Origin: Leidyana gryllorum EB-2025a
Lineage: Eukaryota > Protista > Apicomplexa
Assembly (NCBI GenBank): GCA_048772705.1
Contig: JBLWGC010000051.1
Span: 304,268 to 368,267 of the forward strand
Reading direction: 5' to 3'
DNA length: 64,000 nt
In this document: in pieces, positions 49,240-61,561 of the stretch
Layout of the letters: every line of letters begins with the position of its first letter
Position numbering within the stretch: the first letter of the stretch is position 1
The notes under the pieces: generated by a model
Database searches by the model: none
What the model was told of the DNA's origin: nothing
Seen by the model: the letters and a program-made list of their open reading frames with translations, nothing else
Position numbers and translations under genes: made by a program

Positions 49240-51359
49240 ATGGACGTTCCTAATTATGTTGCCAGTGCCATCTCACAAGTTGGTTATCGCGCATGCTTTG
49301 CCATCCCTGGTGTACCCATCACTGAGACCCTAACGGCCTTGAGGCTCAACACCAACACCCGCGTTATCATTAGTCGAAACGAGCCGCATGCAGTGAATGC
49401 AGCCGCGGCCTATGGTTATCAATCGGGTGGACTGCAGTATACTTCGCTCACCGCTCAGGTGGCGAAGGCGCTGGAGAGCTGTGGACTGAATCCTGCGGAG
49501 TACACTCGAATGGTTGAAGGCGTTGAGCAGAATGGAACTCCTGGTCTGGCCTTCGTGACTTCGGGACCTGCTTTTGTCAACGCTCTGGCCGGCGTGGCTA
49601 CAGCACAAGTGAACCACTGGCCTCTTGTACTACTCTGCAGCTCAACAGGCAGCGACGACAATGGATACTATGGTACTTTCATGGGATACAAGCAGAAAGA
49701 AATTGCCGAAGCTCTGTCAAACATCAATACTTTCTTCAAATCTTGCCATCGGGTTGAGACCTTGGAGTCATTGCCGGCGATACTCAAGGAGGCGTCTGAA
49801 ATGGCCTTGTCGGGTGTCCCTGGGCCCGTGTATATTGAGCTACCGCGCGCACTGCTTCGATCCCCCATGACACTGGAGGCGTCCAAATTCCCTTCACTAG
49901 CCCGAACACCTCGGCCTGAGTGTCGGGAGGTCGTGAGCGATGTCGCTAAAGCACTAATGGGTGCCCAACGTCCCCTACTCATCGTCGGCAAAGGACTGGC
50001 GTACAGTGGCGGAACGCCGTTGACCTACGTGATGCACAAGACGCAGGATGCTTTACCTGTACCCATACTGTCATCGCCCATGGGCAAGGGTATTCTCCCC
50101 GAGAAGGACAGGAGGAACGCAGCGGCTGCCCGCGGACAGGTGCTCAGAAATAGTGACGTGGTGCTCACCCTCGGAGTGCGCTTGAACTGGATGTTCGACA
50201 ACTCCTCCGGGTGGCTGGATAATAAAACGAAAGTTTACCATGTCGCGATCGACAATGCAATTCCGACCAATTTGCAGGGAAAGGTATCGCTCGAGTATAC
50301 ATATTTGTCGCAATAAACACTCCTTCAGGTTGATCCAATTGCGAGTGATGCTGCAACCTTCCTTTATCAATTGTTGGAAGAGTGTGGCAAGATCAAAGAT
50401 CAGTGGAACGACACTCATCGTGGCTGGCTAGACGAAATAAGTGGAGTCTGCTCAACTAGAGCCGCCAAGGCTGCTAGTGATAGGCAAGCTGAAGAACACG
50501 ACGCCCCGCGGTACGTGGAGGGTGAGAGACGCTGGCGTGGCGGTATGCGGTACGCACAAGCGTACGGAGAGCTTGAGCAATACACTAGCGCTACTGGCTC
50601 TAACACTGAGTTCTCCGACCTGTGGTTCGGCCCTGGTCAGACTGCCATGTTGATGTACGTAGTTGAAGGAGCCGTAAGTATGGATTACAGTCGTGTCCAT
50701 GTGGCCGGACACGTCGCGCGGTCACGAATGGACGCAGCTACCTTTGCCGGCATGGGAGTGGGGGCTGCCTTTGCTATCGGGAGCTCAATTTGGAGTAAGT
50801 GATTTGGTGGGAATTATTGCTACTTTGCGATAGTGCTTGAGTATACCGATGCAATCATTGAGGGAGGCAAGGCACTGGGAATAGCGATCGATGCTGAGGG
50901 CGTACGCGAGCGCAGCAAAGTTATTCTGGTTCAAGGTGATAGCGCTTTTGGCTTCAGCGGGTTGGAATTCGAAACCATTTTCCGCTATCGATTGCCTATT
51001 CTGATGATTGTGATGGATAATGGCGGGATGTACGCAATGACGGACAATGAAGAACTTTCCAAAACCTCTCGCAACACGCACGGAACTTTTGACGATCCGC
51101 GTGAACGATTGAAGTATACAAGCGTAACCGACTTGATGGCCGGATTTGATTTTGCAAGTTTGGCCGTCGCGTGTGGGGCACCGAAGCTGCGCTGTGAGCG
51201 CAGGAGTGAATTACGAGTGAGCAAACAATACTTGGGATGTGATAGAATGGATATTGACAGAATAATCTGCAATCGTGCAAGAAAGTGCCTAATTTCTTGC
51301 ACATCATCATCGATCCCATGGATGGGTCTGGAAGTGGATTTGTTCATAGTGCAATCTAA
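49240..51359 (+). CDS. ThDP-dependent oxalyl-CoA decarboxylase / 2-hydroxyacyl-CoA lyase family enzyme
   Basis: [62 protein letters not shown]...NGG; last intron 51217-51260, protein ends ...FVHSAI. Confidence 0.9.
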
Positions 51360-51393
51360 ATTTTTTCTCCCATTTTTTGTCTCTAGTGGTGAG

Positions 51394-52024
51394 ATGGTCA
51401 ACCCTTGGCATGACGTCGAAATTGGCCTTGCTGCCCCTCATGAATTCAACGTAATCATAGAAATTCCAAAAGGATCGAAAGTCAAGTATGAGTTGGACAA
51501 GGCGTCAGGATTAATCAAGGTTGATCGAGTTCTGTACAGTTCTGTGGTCTATCCGGCCAATTATGGATTCATTCCGCGTACTTTGGGCGAGGATAAAGAC
51601 CCTCTTGATGTTTTGGTCCTTATGCAGGAGCCCGTTTATCCGGGAGTCATCATGAAGGTAAGATGAGCTGCTTAAAGCAATCATCGCAATAATAAAATTA
51701 TAGGTCAAACCTATCGGAGTGATGGGAATGATCGATCAGGGTGACCCAGATGAGAAGATCATCTGCGTTCATCTAGATGATCCTGCATATGCCCACTACA
51801 CATGCGTGAACGAACTGCCACCACATACCTTGCGGGAAATTGAGCGATTTTTCCGGGACTACAAGAAACTGGAATGCAAAGTTGTGGTCACTCAGGGAAT
51901 GGAGGGTGCCGAACAAGCTAAGGAGGTCATTTTGGACGGTATTGAGCGCTACAAGAAGATGATGGCTGAACGAGCCAAGGAGAACGAGCGCAGATCGGAC
52001 CTGACCAGTGCGCCGCAGTGCTAG
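51394..52024 (+). CDS. ppa: Family I soluble inorganic pyrophosphatase, prokaryotic/plant-cytosolic type
   Basis: [50 protein letters not shown]; one intron. Confidence 0.95.
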
Positions 52025-52045
52025 ACTTGTACGGTTTCTGTGTAC

Positions 52046-52319
52046 TTTGAGGGGGTTCAACCCCTTAAGGCAAGTGTCCCCGTGTGAACTAACCTATGGA
52101 TATTGTGCAAACATATTCGGCTAGTATTCCAAACATCGATATGACGGGGTCGGGTAATCGAACCTGCGAATTGAATGGCACATGAATACCTATGCCCCCC
52201 TCTCCGACTATACGGAGCTATATGTGCTGGAAATTATCGTCAGGATCTCTGGCAGCCACCTCGTCCTTTGCAGAGTTGGCAGCCAGAGAGGCTAGGGGAC
52301 CTTATGGGCCCCCCTCAAA
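52046..52319 (+). ncRNA. Candidate ~270-nt structured ncRNA (telomerase-RNA-like or RNase P/MRP-like; unassigned)
   Basis: Terminal stem TTTGAGGGGG/CCCCCTCAAA; GTCCCC/GGGGAC helix; GCAA-tetraloop hairpin 52098-52118; long hairpin 52246-52289. Confidence 0.5.
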
Positions 52320-52351
52320 AATCCCACTAGCATGCATCCGGTGGAAGACTA

Positions 52352-54890
52352 ATGGCGTTATTCACTCCTGTGTCAGAACAACAGGGAGGATTTCTGGGTG
52401 ATCAGAACGATGTATTGTGTACTTCTTTCTCACTGAAATCGCCCCCACCATCAGTGCATCTTAAAAGAATCCTCACCACGTACCCCGAGGGAAGTCAGAT
52501 ATTCAAAGAGGCCCTGCAGAATGCAGATGACGCCCGAGCACGGCGCTTCGCTATCATTTGCGATGAGCGCAGGCACCCAACCACCGAAAGTCCGCTGGAT
52601 CGGCTATTAGTAAGACACTGCACGAGACGTGATAGGATGGTCAACCGTAGGGGCCCTCAGTCATTCTCTATAACGATGGGGTATTTGCGGAGAAAGATTG
52701 GGTCTCCCTCCAAAACATGTTTGAGAGCGAGAAAGCTGATGATATGAACTCAATCGGACGGTTCGGAATGGGAAGTCGTAGTTTCTTTCACATGACAGGT
52801 TGGTGCTCATACTGATGAGCTTTCATTCTCAATCGATCTATTCAGACGTGGTGACTGTGATCTCGGGCAGATCGCTGGCTTTCATCGATCCGGATCACGT
52901 TCTCAGTTCACAAGGAGGTGAACGGTATGATTTTGTGGATCTCCGCCAAGTCTTGAGCTCTCGGAAGCAGAAACCTGATCAGGAACGCTTGCGAATATTG
53001 AATGCACATCTGGCAGCTTTTGAAGGAATACCCGGATTTTCGTCGTATTCTCCCTACAACGGGACAGCCTTCCGACTGCCTCTACGATCGAGCAAATTTG
53101 CTCGCCAATCCAGATTTGCACCTTACGAATACAGCGTGCCGAAGGTCAAATCTATCATTACTGCCTTTGAGAGGGAACTTTCCGATTGTCTGCTGTTCTT
53201 ACAGAATGTCGACACTGTGGAGCTGTACACAATTGCCGAAGGCGATAACACTCTGCAGCTAAATTTAAAAGCCGAGGCTCGTGTGGAGAGTTCAGGAAGT
53301 CAACCGCTCAAAAGATCGGATTTTGTACATCCAATAAGCTCCTTTTTGGCAGCATGCACGGGTCCGAACGATCTTCAGGCTCAATTGAGGGCCAAGTTGG
53401 CAGCAGGTCCCACAGGCAAGCTGGCTTCCAGACGCCAACTCCGAATCGCTATTGAGAAGCGAGAAGAGGACGAGCGTCAAACAGCCACCAGTCTATGGCT
53501 GATACATGAGGAGTTGTGCATGAACGAGGAGCTCATTGAGGCTGTGGGAAGTACCAAGATGGCTCCTGTTGTCGGGATAGCCGCCCGATTGCAGCCAGGA
53601 CCCCCGTCAAAGAATGCAGATCTGTCGTTCAGCGACGAAGACGGGACTTCAGCGACCCCAGAATTGTGGCCCCGACACTCCTTTGCTGGGCGCATATTCA
53701 CGCACCTTCCGGTCCCCGATACGACCAGTGGACTGCCAGTGCACATTCATGGGAACTTCTGCCTTACAGAAAACCGACGGGATATCTGGTTGAATGCCGC
53801 TGATCTCGAAGGCCGAGCCCGTATCTGGGCTCATTGGAATAGATCTCTTCTCTTCTCCTTTGTGCCCAGCATATACGTCTCGATTCTTAGTGAAGCACCC
53901 GATGAGCTCACTTTGTATTCGTGGTGGCCTGATCCCGGTCGACTGACCTCCTCCTTCCGAGACCTCATTACACCTTTCTCAGAAAGCCTAAAGGTGAGCA
54001 GCAGCAGCAGCGAGTTGACCCACAATGTGAGATAGGGGGTGTCACTGTTCTTCTTGGGCAATGGTAGTCGTGTCTCGTCTGACCACTGTACTATCGTCCG
54101 CTTCTCTCAAGTCGCAATGGCTGCCATCTGGGACGTGTCACAAATGCTTCCTGAGGGAGCGGTACCGATGCTTCATTCCCTCTGTCAGCTTGCCCAACGA
54201 ACAGGATGTCAGGCGATTGCTCCACCGAACTTTGTTCGCGAACAGCTACCTCAAGCCAATGCTGCCCTGGGACGGGCTCAATCCCTGTCATTCCTGGCCC
54301 TCATGCATACCATCATTTTGCCAGGGTGGAACAGTCTCAGTCCTAAAGCATTGAGGGGCATCAATTATTACCTCCACTGGGTTTTAGGTATGTTCGCAAA
54401 TCAACGGGACTGTGTGCAGAATATGACCAATATTGCAGCGCTCTGTAAGACCCTCAGTCAGTCAAGGCCCGAGGAGATATACCGCTTTCGGGTGTTATGT
54501 GAACATTTGCCGTGCATCCCAGTGGAACGGGAGCTCGACGCAGGGCTGACTTTGGTAGAACGGGATTTGAGAAAATGCCCGGTGAGATTTGCAGACGATG
54601 ATGCGGTGGACCCAAACTCTACTCGACACACCATTCTGAAGTGGCCTACTGTGAACGAGGCGGAAACCGACGAGTGCGAGTTGACACTTCTTTCCCCCTC
54701 TCAGTGCTATGATGTGGGTTTGAAGGGTTTCAGGGTAGCTGCAAGAGCTTTGCCGTGCGGCGAGTTCGCGAGCCCCGCAACACTGCGAGTGCTCCGGCAA
54801 TGGGGGCTGAAACAGACACTGAGTTGGACTGATATGACTCAAGAGGTTGTTTTCAGACTCTGCAATGGCGTCCCCGAGTCTGTTAGCTAA
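52352..54890 (+). CDS. Sacsin-like protein with a single HSP90-like repeat region
   Basis: YPEGSQIFKEALQNADDARA, IGRFGMGSRSFFHMT|D, GTAFRLPLR, LLFLQNV, GLPVHIHGNFCLTENRRDIW. Confidence 0.85.
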
Positions 54891-54896
54891 TATTTT

Positions 54897-55393
54897 ATGG
54901 TGAAAAGGCCGGTTACGTCACTACCCGCTGGTGTTGCTCCACCCGAAGCCCCCAAAGCGCCTGCAGCAAATGACCTTTTCATAGATAGATTGCTACTGGA
55001 TGTTGGAGGCTTGGTGCGGGACCAAGGATGTGATAGCTGCACAGCAAAAGCATTATTGCTTTTGGCTGAGTCCTACCGTCGGGAGGCTTTGAAAATACTG
55101 GAGCAGGCCCGACGCCAAGCTCTGTATGCCGGCCGCCAGGTGGTGACGGAGCGAGACGCTTCGCGTGCAGTGCTCGAAATTCTAGAAGACTATACGCCAT
55201 CGAGTACCGCCACACTGCAGGTAGGATAGTGCACAGGACATTCGTCGTCAAATATCTGTGTCAGAATAATGAACAAGTCCTCAGTAAAGATGTCAATCAG
55301 TTCCCGTTGGGAACGTACCCCGTCGAAACTCAGGGTTTACCACTCCCAGCACACCTTGAAACGAACACAGCTCAACACTGGCGACTAAAGTGA
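54897..55393 (+). CDS. TAF9: TFIID subunit TAF9-like histone-fold protein
   Basis: Histone fold LLLLAESYRREALKILEQARRQALYAGR...D; second exon (intron 55221-55264) has VNQFPL...GLPLP...WRL. Confidence 0.72.
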
Positions 55394-55405
55394 TCGAAAA
55401 CGACT

Positions 55406-56861
55406 ATGTCCATTTTGGTGGCCGAAACGTCAGAAAGCATTGTCGTAGCCGACGCTCTAGAGGGACTCAATCGTCATGGGCGGTACGTCTATCTAGTAAC
55501 GTGGCTGTCCTCAGTGCGCGTACCGCAAGATGGACTCACGCCCTCCCGACTGAATGGGTTCATGGAGCAACTCGTCATCAATCCGTTGTACGACTTTCAC
55601 ACAACTGGCAATTTGATAGCGTCCAAAAGGGTGGAAAATCATCTACCCCCTCTTCCGCAACTACGAGATATAAGCCCCGTGGGTATCGTTTGATCGAATC
55701 AATGAGTAACGAGCGCTCCCCAGGAGTGCCATGAGGCGACCACACCCCACCTGTCGAAACGCTTTGCTGCTGGGCAATATCGAGTACGTACCTTCCAATG
55801 CACACAGGCCTACATCACCACCACTCGGATAGGCCACCACAGAAGTTATCGACGATCGTCAACAGTCTGAAGTGGAGCTGCTAGCTCTCGGAGCGGAAAA
55901 ATGGAATCGGTCACACCCTGATCACGAGGTTGCCCTACCCCGATATCATGCCGAAACATGTGCCCGAGAAAAGTTCGCCGTGGTCAAAGCTCTGATGCGC
56001 AGCGGGGACTTGCTGGAGATTGTCAATGCTGTCAATGAACTGGCAGAGAAGTGTCGACGCTTGGGAGCAAGTTGCGCGAAACCGATCGGGGGTCAGAGAG
56101 AAAATGGTGATGGCGTGAAGAAGAGTCATCAACAGGGCTGTACAGCTTTCTGGACCTATACAATCGATTCATGGGGTGACACATACGTAAGTTGGGACAC
56201 GTGAAACCACTGAGTCCGACCGTCTCCGCAGGCCGGGACTTTGTATGACGTTGTGCTGTGGATTACTATCGCACACATCCTGAGTAGCCATTGTCAGCAA
56301 GGTCAAGGATGGGTAAGCAGTGTTTCTGTGGACGTCAGCACCTGAGCTTCAAATTTGTATATCAAGCTGGCACCGGGTGATCCCGTGGGAGAGTTGCTCA
56401 GGGCTTTGCCAAAGTGGCGGCGCTTCGTCGAAAGGTGGCCGTACCAAGTGCGGGAGGATGTTTCAACGCTCTTGCGCGCGGTTCGGATGGATCCCATCCT
56501 TCAAGGTTTGAGTCCCATGCTCGAGGAACGAGCAGCGTGGGCACATTACAACTTCGTAGCTAACTATGTGGACCGAATGCCCATCGGAGAAGTTGAGAAT
56601 ACCTTTCCTATTGGCGGACCAATGGTAGCCCGGCCCCCGAGTCATGAGATTTCCAACGCTCGTTTGGTTCGAATCGCGAACAGTACGTTGGGAAATCTTG
56701 TCCACGACGTGGTACAAGAAGTGAGCGAGGTGAGGTTCCACCATTCATCATGGACACATGTAAATATCACCGTGAAGAAACGGGCAGTTTTGACCGACAG
56801 GACGCACATTAACGAGCTATTATATGCCATCACAGGTGGCCAGATCCTTGAGGAGCCGTAG
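55406..56861 (+). CDS. Hypothetical multi-exon protein
   Basis: Consecutive + strand ORFs with plausible splice sites; no recognisable motif. Confidence 0.45.
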
Positions 56862-57294
56862 GGCATGTGCAGACTCGATGTGCTGAAATCGCCAAACGCG
56901 ATCGATTAGTGGGCGGAGAATTTATGGAAGGGATAGAGAAACCACATAGCTCCATCGCTTGCCCAATGAGGTGAATTGGAGTGGCGACCAGTGTACTCAC
57001 TGCCACTAGCATCGGACATAGATGATCAAAAAAAGTGCTACAGCGACCCTCGCTTCCTTGTCGCATTAGATGTCTTGGCTGTGGGCTTCTCACCACAGAG
57101 CTTGTCATGCTCGCCTGGGGGGGCGCAACATTGTATCGATCAGCCTTTGTCCCACTTATGTAGATGAGTTGGCCCGTGGGAGTGATTGCTGGTGTCACCG
57201 TCGGAACGTGGTGTCGTGGGTCGCGGTTTGTGCAGTCACAACGACACTGACATGGGCCTCCATACTCGTATGGGGGACACTCCAAGTTGACCAT
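56830..57294 (-). CDS. Hypothetical small protein
   Basis: 154-aa ATG ORF with one hydrophobic stretch, preceded by an A/T-tract spacer like other gene starts. Confidence 0.4.
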   Translation of the reverse strand: MVNLECPPYEYGGPCQCRCDCTNRDPRHHVPTVTPAITPTGQLIYISGTKADRYNVAPPQASMTSSVVRSPQPRHLMRQGSEGRCSTFFDHLCPMLVAVSTLVATPIHLIGQAMELCGFSIPSINSPPTNRSRLAISAHRVCTCPTAPQGSGHL

Positions 57295-57339
57295 CTCCTA
57301 AACTAAATTTTCCCGAACGATGTGAGCCGCCTCTACTGT

Positions 57340-60175
57340 TCAAAGGATGCGGGCCAAGGGGACTTCTACGAATAAATGCAAAATTGCACCAATACACAAT
57401 CCGAGTACTGTTTGGGCAATGGCTATAATATACCCTACTGCCTCTGTGAGTCCCGTGCTCTGTCTTGATGAGCCGTAGTATGCCATTTGAATCAATGGGT
57501 GCACCAGATACGTTCCGTACACTCCAAGGCTTGCCAACGCCAACAACTTTCCAGACAAGGCTCTCTTCAACCCGGCGCTGACACTATCCTGCATGGCCAC
57601 TTTGCTGCTTGATATCTGGGCCGCCTTCAACGGGACACACGCGAGTGATAGGGTAAACCATCCGACGCATACCGCCCAAACGCAACTGAGTGAGAGTGGG
57701 ACTCGGTCATCTTCAATCTTACCGTTGACAAGCCATGTACATTATCTCCAATCCCCTATTCCACTCCACAGCACCGTGCTTGTTGGCCTGGTAGGGTAAT
57801 ATGTACACCAAAAGGGCCATGATTGTCGCAAAGAATAAATGCCCAAGTACTACAAGAATAGTGTCTGGCTTGATAGGCTCTTCCACTTTGTGCGGCATAA
57901 GGTGCTCATCGTCTACACCGCGCGGTTGACATTCTTCTTTCTGAACCCATCTTTGGTACACTCCGTTGTCGTGAGCAGCAGCGGCGAGAAGTCCGACCAA
58001 GTAAGGAGGGATTCTGGTCCACGGTTTCACGTAGAATAGGTGCCATGAACGCATTGCGCCCTCTTGTAGACTGCGGGTGTCAGCATTCGCATCAATCGAT
58101 ATCGCTCCGAACGGGAACCTAAGATCGTTTGCGGCCACAACATAAACACACATTGACAGTGCTGCCAGCAGCAGTGCCGAGACAACCGAGGCGAAGATTC
58201 TTGGGGAGCAGTTGGCCCCCAGGAATAGCAGAGCGGTGCCCAGGACGGCGAATTGGAAGTCGCAAGCGAGATACCATCCATGTGGGAAACATTCGGAGAA
58301 GCCGCCCACTGTCCACTCCAAGTTGTTGACGTATAACAAATTGGTCCACCACCACTTGCTACATCCTCCGTAGTGGCCTGACAGGAATGTACAATTCAAT
58401 CGTCGTTCTTACCGGTACGCAGCATGGTCAGTACGGCCGGCCATTGTGGGCCGTAGTTGAGATACTGTATGCCGTAGTAACTGATGATGAGTACGAAGGC
58501 CAGCAATCCGCTCAGACGCCACCATCGCTGGAAGACAATGCGGCAAAAGGTCAGCAGACCATTTGTTTTGCTTCGCCGGATCCGGTCAATGCCGCTTACA
58601 TACAACATGAACCCAGACAGGAAGAAGAAAGTGTCAACAGCCAATTGACCACTCAGAATCCCTTGAAAAGTCCAACTTGACAGCATCTCCACAAATCCAC
58701 CGCTGTTGTGAACAACGCTCAAGCCGGCAAAAGCGAAGGCATGTCCGCTGACAACCCAGATCATTGAGGCGACTCTCAAGCCGCAGGTGTGGCTCCAGGT
58801 GCCCTCGGCATAGCGATCGCGAGTGGCCAGCATCTTGCTCACGTTCTCATTCACACGGAAAGGAGTCGAAAGACGGCCCAGGATTGGTGGGCACCGACGC
58901 CCGCAGTGCTTTTGAATGACATATGCGGCAATGGGGAGGATAAAGAACACCCCAAGACAAGTTCCAACCCAAATGTACCAATCTATTTTTGCGTGAGATA
59001 CCGGTTCAAATGAACAATTAGTTTCAGAAGAGATGTCCGTGATCTGAGGTAGAGATCGGCGAGCTGCTTGGTGGGGCACGTAATAGGGACGCATCAGCCT
59101 GCCGAGGTTACCCTCGAAATCTGCATTCAGATTACTGGGCAAGGCAGCAGGGTCCACACGGCGAATGGCCTCAATAGTGCGATTGCTGATGTGCTCCAAG
59201 AAGTTTGCGAGGCTCTTCGGATCGACTTCAGCGAACCATTGTAAATCTTTGTGTGGGGCCGAAGTGTTTGGTGTTGCTGGTGAAATGCTCAGGGCGTCCG
59301 TGAGAGACATTCGCTCCAGAATAGCGAAAGAAGCCGCAGCGCCGCATCCCAAGAAGCGACTGGTGACACAAAAGTCCAATGGGATAACATTGGTATGTTC
59401 AAGACATGAAAAATGTGGTGCGCATATCTCCTTCAGCAGTAGATTCAAACGCCGCTGATCGCACTGAGAAGGGAGACAACGACCAGCCGTCAAGGACTGG
59501 TAGTATTTCACTGTGCAATACGTGCTTTTTCCGAACGAGTCCGAACTAGCTTGACAAGCATCGAAATCGCCCAGATCCTATCGAAATCAACCTTCGAAGA
59601 TCATTGCATCATGTTACCTGTAGTCCCCCACTCATCATTAAATACTTCAAATTAGATAAAGTCTCACTTCCACATGCTATCAAACTCGGTATAACTTCTT
59701 CGTCGTAAGCACTGTCAGTATTACATCTCAGTCTTCCTGAAAGTTCATCCACAATAGCCTCCGACTTGGCCCCGAATCGATCCCGGGGATCACATTCAAT
59801 GGACTGTATCAGCATGCACAAACTTTGCTCTTCCACTAGCGGGAAGTCAGAACACCGTGGTACAGCACACATGGAATTGTAGAACAGTTTCAATGCCATA
59901 TCGTCACATTCATCCTCCATCAAACAGAGTGACTGCTGCAGAGCTATTCTTGGCAGTCCATTCGCCACTGTGTGGGTATCTGTCAGCGGGAGAGACTTCT
60001 GCACGAAGCAGAACCGACCAGGGCATTCCGCCAATGCTGCATACTGGGGCAGAGTGAAGGACCGAACGCCTGACCTGGCAACTTGCGCCCTGAGACTTTT
60101 GGCGCAAGTGAGATCAAATACGCTGGTCGACAGTGCTCCTGCCACCCCAAATGCTGTGTATACCACAGTTCTCAT
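57340..60175 (-). CDS. NRF-6-like O-acyltransferase (Acyl_transf_3) with a Cys-rich luminal N-terminus
   Basis: GLRVASMIWVVSGH, AVDTFFFLSG, RWWRL, WWTNLLYVNN, HGWYLACDFQ, YVKPWTRIPPY; signal-like MRTVVYTAFGVAGALS. Confidence 0.88.
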
Positions 60176-60221
60176 CGATCTCAATCTTTTGGCGAAAAAG
60201 GAGCGAACATGCACTCTGAAG

Positions 60222-61548
60222 ATGCAACCTCCCAGAACGCCTCGTGGTTCTCCTTTCCGGAACGTCTTCCCCATTGCAAACAAGGACAGCTACAATGAAG
60301 TCCCGATCGCTACCGAACTGGAAAGTGGACGTCAGATCAGTGTTTCAACTAATCATATGATATTGTCGAGTGTCCCCAAAGGTACTATCGGGGGAGTGCC
60401 ACTGAAGAACTTGGGATTGAAGAATGCTGGATTTTCGCGTCTTATGCTTGGCAGAGCGAACGTCACCGATATTGAACACAACCCTTTCCATCCATTCGTG
60501 CTCGCAGCGGCAACAGACGAGGGCGAGGTACACATTTGCGAGTGTGCGGTTGAGCCTAAAGATGAGAATGAAGACACTATCCAACTGTCATCGAAGTCAA
60601 AGGACAATGTAAGCTCTCAAGTACCTTCTACTAATCTCCTCACTTCTCCAACAGACTTCAAAGAAACGGGTATCGAGCGTCAGTTGGAACCCCGTTGCGG
60701 AGAGTATTGTCGCCAGTGCCTCTGCCGAAGGGTATGTTGCTGTTACCAACGTCGATACGCAGCAACGAGTGTCGTCCATCGAGCCTGTTATAGCCCCATA
60801 TATGGCTGAATGGAATCCTGCGGGCAATGTTTTAGGTGTTTTGGACCGAGATCGGACCTTAAAGTTGTATGATGCCCGCTCATGTCAGGTGGCCAGTCAG
60901 ATGGCTGACGTGTTCACCACCAATAAGCCGTCTCGGATGGTCTTCCTGCACCGCTATGGCAGCGCTGATCCCGACGTGATCGCGACGGTTGGATTCGACG
61001 GTGAGTTTGTGCATTGACTGCCCGAGTCTCATCTACGTTCAGGTATGGGAGTGAAGAGACTGAAAGTTGTGGACCCTCGCAACATGGACAAACCTGTCTT
61101 CAATGACAAGATACCAGGCGGGACTGGCAACCCCACTCTCCACTTTGATCCCTCAACCGGGTTGTTGTTCGTTACTGGGCGAGGCGAGATCGGCTGCTCT
61201 GTTTACGAGTGGGCTCAAGGGCAGCTCATTATGCTCTCGGAACAGAGGTTTGCAAAGCAAGCCAGTGCTACCGGATATCTCCCGAAGAGGTGTGTGGATG
61301 TCTCCCGGAACGAAATCGTTAGAGCTTTCCGTCCCGAGCCGGACAGCAAAAAAGTGGGTGTCGCTTCGTTCCTTGTGCAACGACGAGACGAGACCTTCGC
61401 TCCTGAGCTGTATGGAGAGTGTGCGTCGGGACGACCCGCTCTCTCTGGCAAAGACTGGGCCAAAGGCGGCAACTCGAAGGCTGTTGGGGGGAAGTGCCCC
61501 ACTTTTGCAATGACGGGAGATCAAGAGGCCAACATGTCACAGCATTGA
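60222..61548 (+). CDS. Coronin (WD40 actin-binding protein)
   Basis: FRNVF, HNPFHPFVLAAATDEG, LHFDPSTGLLFVTGRGE, LPKRCVDVSRNEI, FAPELY, LSGKDWAKG. Confidence 0.88.
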
Positions 61549-61561
61549 TATGTTACTAAAA

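Noticed and set aside
50833-51666. Apparent fusion of the ThDP enzyme and the pyrophosphatase in one ORF
   Set aside because: Intron 51217-51260 shifts the ThDP enzyme to its own stop at 51359; the PPase has its own ATG at 51394.
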